Positions 62,894 through 64,000 of a stretch of DNA of 64,000 bases are shown here, piece by piece. Numbering within the stretch: the first letter of the stretch is position 1; each line of letters opens with the position of its first letter. The DNA lies in contig NC_069005.1 in NCBI RefSeq assembly GCF_001194135.2, positions 1,278,224 to 1,342,223 of the forward strand, read 5' to 3'. The DNA comes from Octopus bimaculoides. Its lineage: Eukaryota. The position numbers and the translations under genes are program-made. The notes under the pieces are model-generated. The model saw only the letters and a program-made list of their open reading frames with translations, was not told the origin of the DNA and ran no database searches.

Positions 62894-63093
62894 TGTATCA
62901 TACTAAATGTATATACACCATTGAAAAGTATGCGTGAAATGTATGTCACTCTCGTGAGTCACTGCTGCAATGATGTTCGCCTCAACCCAACATGTATTGG
63001 GATTTTGATGCCTGTCTATGATGAGATTTTTCTCTCAAGCAAAATCCACAGCATCATGCCTTTCAATGGTCTATATACATCAAGTATGATACG
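62894..63093. repeat. Decayed MITE-like inverted repeat (~38-bp arms)
   Basis: TGTATCATACTAAATGTATATACACCATTGAAAAGTATG is mirrored at 63056-63093. This explains similar peptides on both strands (IILNVYTPLKSM / IILDVYRPLKGM). Confidence 0.75.
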
Positions 63094-63576
63094 CAAATTG
63101 GTAGGTGTAGGGAATGGAGAAGGTAAATCCAAACTGTCCCCTACACCTATCACCTAATTGTCGCTTAATTAGCAATTCTTGTTGTTAAACCTTGACTTGT
63201 ATAGATGCAGTCATCGAAATGTCCATCAAATTCGATATGGAACGAAGTGGATAAAATACGTTGATTGATAAACTTTGCTGGTCAAGTATCCTCCGCTTTA
63301 TGTCATTGGATCGCATTGCTCTATTACGACTATGTTACAAGGCCTTCGAGGAAAGAAGCTATCCTAAAGCTGGCTCGGATGGACCTGTTGTTAGTTTTGA
63401 ATACGTGGTGTAGTGTACGGTGACGCCTTCATTTCACTTCATTCATTTGTTGTCAACCGTTGCTGGTACCTACCGAGGTAGAACACCCTGTTATTTTCCT
63501 GACTCCGACACAATTCAACAAACACATTTTACTCCATTACACACACTGTTTCCATTTTCTCGCTCTACTGGTTTGT

Positions 63577-63729
63577 TTAGTAATAAACAAAAGAACAATG
63601 ATCGTTAATCGATAAACCAAGAAACGTTCTTCTTTCTCTCAGATATTTCTGGATACAGGAGGTCTGTAATGTTTTATTCAAGAACCTCTGCTGTCGGCAA
63701 GAGATTGCCACCTTTTGCGTTTCGAGGTC
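63577..63729 (-). CDS. Possible (terminal) exon of a gene entering from beyond the window; frame unresolved
   Basis: Good acceptor gttgctttgtgtttgtttag|. The phase-0 frame is open for 50 codons; the other frames give short C-termini (GPRNAKGGNLLPTAEVLE*). Confidence 0.2.
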   Translation of the reverse strand, partial: DLETQKVAISCRQQRFLNKTLQTSCIQKYLRERRTFLGLSINDHCSFVYY

Positions 63730-64000
63730 CTAAACAAACACAAAGCAACTAAATTCAATCAATAATGAAAATCACAGTCCTTTATGTTTTTGCGAACCAC
63801 CACATTTGTTTTTTATGTAGATTTACTGTTATTTATGTAACCTAGCGTCAGGTTTAATGTTATATAAACGCGTGTCATGTTATGTAATAATACAGTTCGA
63901 AACGTCAAAGACTTTCCGTATTCCCGAGCGTCATACTAATATATACTTTTGTTATTTACACCACCTGTCCTCGTCTGTTGTTATTATTTGTATATTCTCC

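Noticed and set aside
62849-63157. 102-aa plus-strand ORF
   Set aside because: It starts at TTG, has no recognisable domain or splice signals, and overlaps a decayed inverted repeat.

Overview
This is AT-rich eukaryotic genomic DNA from a draft assembly with 11 N-gaps. The SINE/LINE families, dense (TA)n/(CA)n/(CAT)n/(AAT)n microsatellites and TTAGGG repeats resemble a coleoid cephalopod (Octopus-like) genome; that assignment is from recognition, not a search. No long intact ORF is present, and most entries in the six-frame track are microsatellite, gap or SINE artefacts. Supported content: (1) a decayed hAT transposase (~9.8-12.7 kb), two mariner remnants, several RTE-type LINE fragments, an R4/Dong-like LINE tail and three Penelope-like (PLE) fragments; (2) dozens of tRNA-derived SINE copies from at least four families; (3) a phase-consistent candidate minus-strand gene of unknown product (exons 14436-gap, 8791-8854, 8040-8112, 7673-7776, 6621-6684), plus weaker exon candidates elsewhere; (4) a mosaic of CpG-retaining, promoter-like islands and CpG-depleted blocks. 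The most notable structures are a complete type I hammerhead-ribozyme motif in a PLE terminal region (16508-16604) with decayed relatives, a family of long fold-back palindromes next to (TA)n tracts (one enclosing a tRNA-Thr-like sequence), and a 348-bp element with perfect 53-bp TIRs carrying head-to-head telomeric repeats beside a putative promoter. A possible series of phase-1 alternative first exons feeding one common exon chain is also flagged. All gene models were inferred by hand and need RNA-seq or homology confirmation. Coordinates of decayed repeats are approximate.
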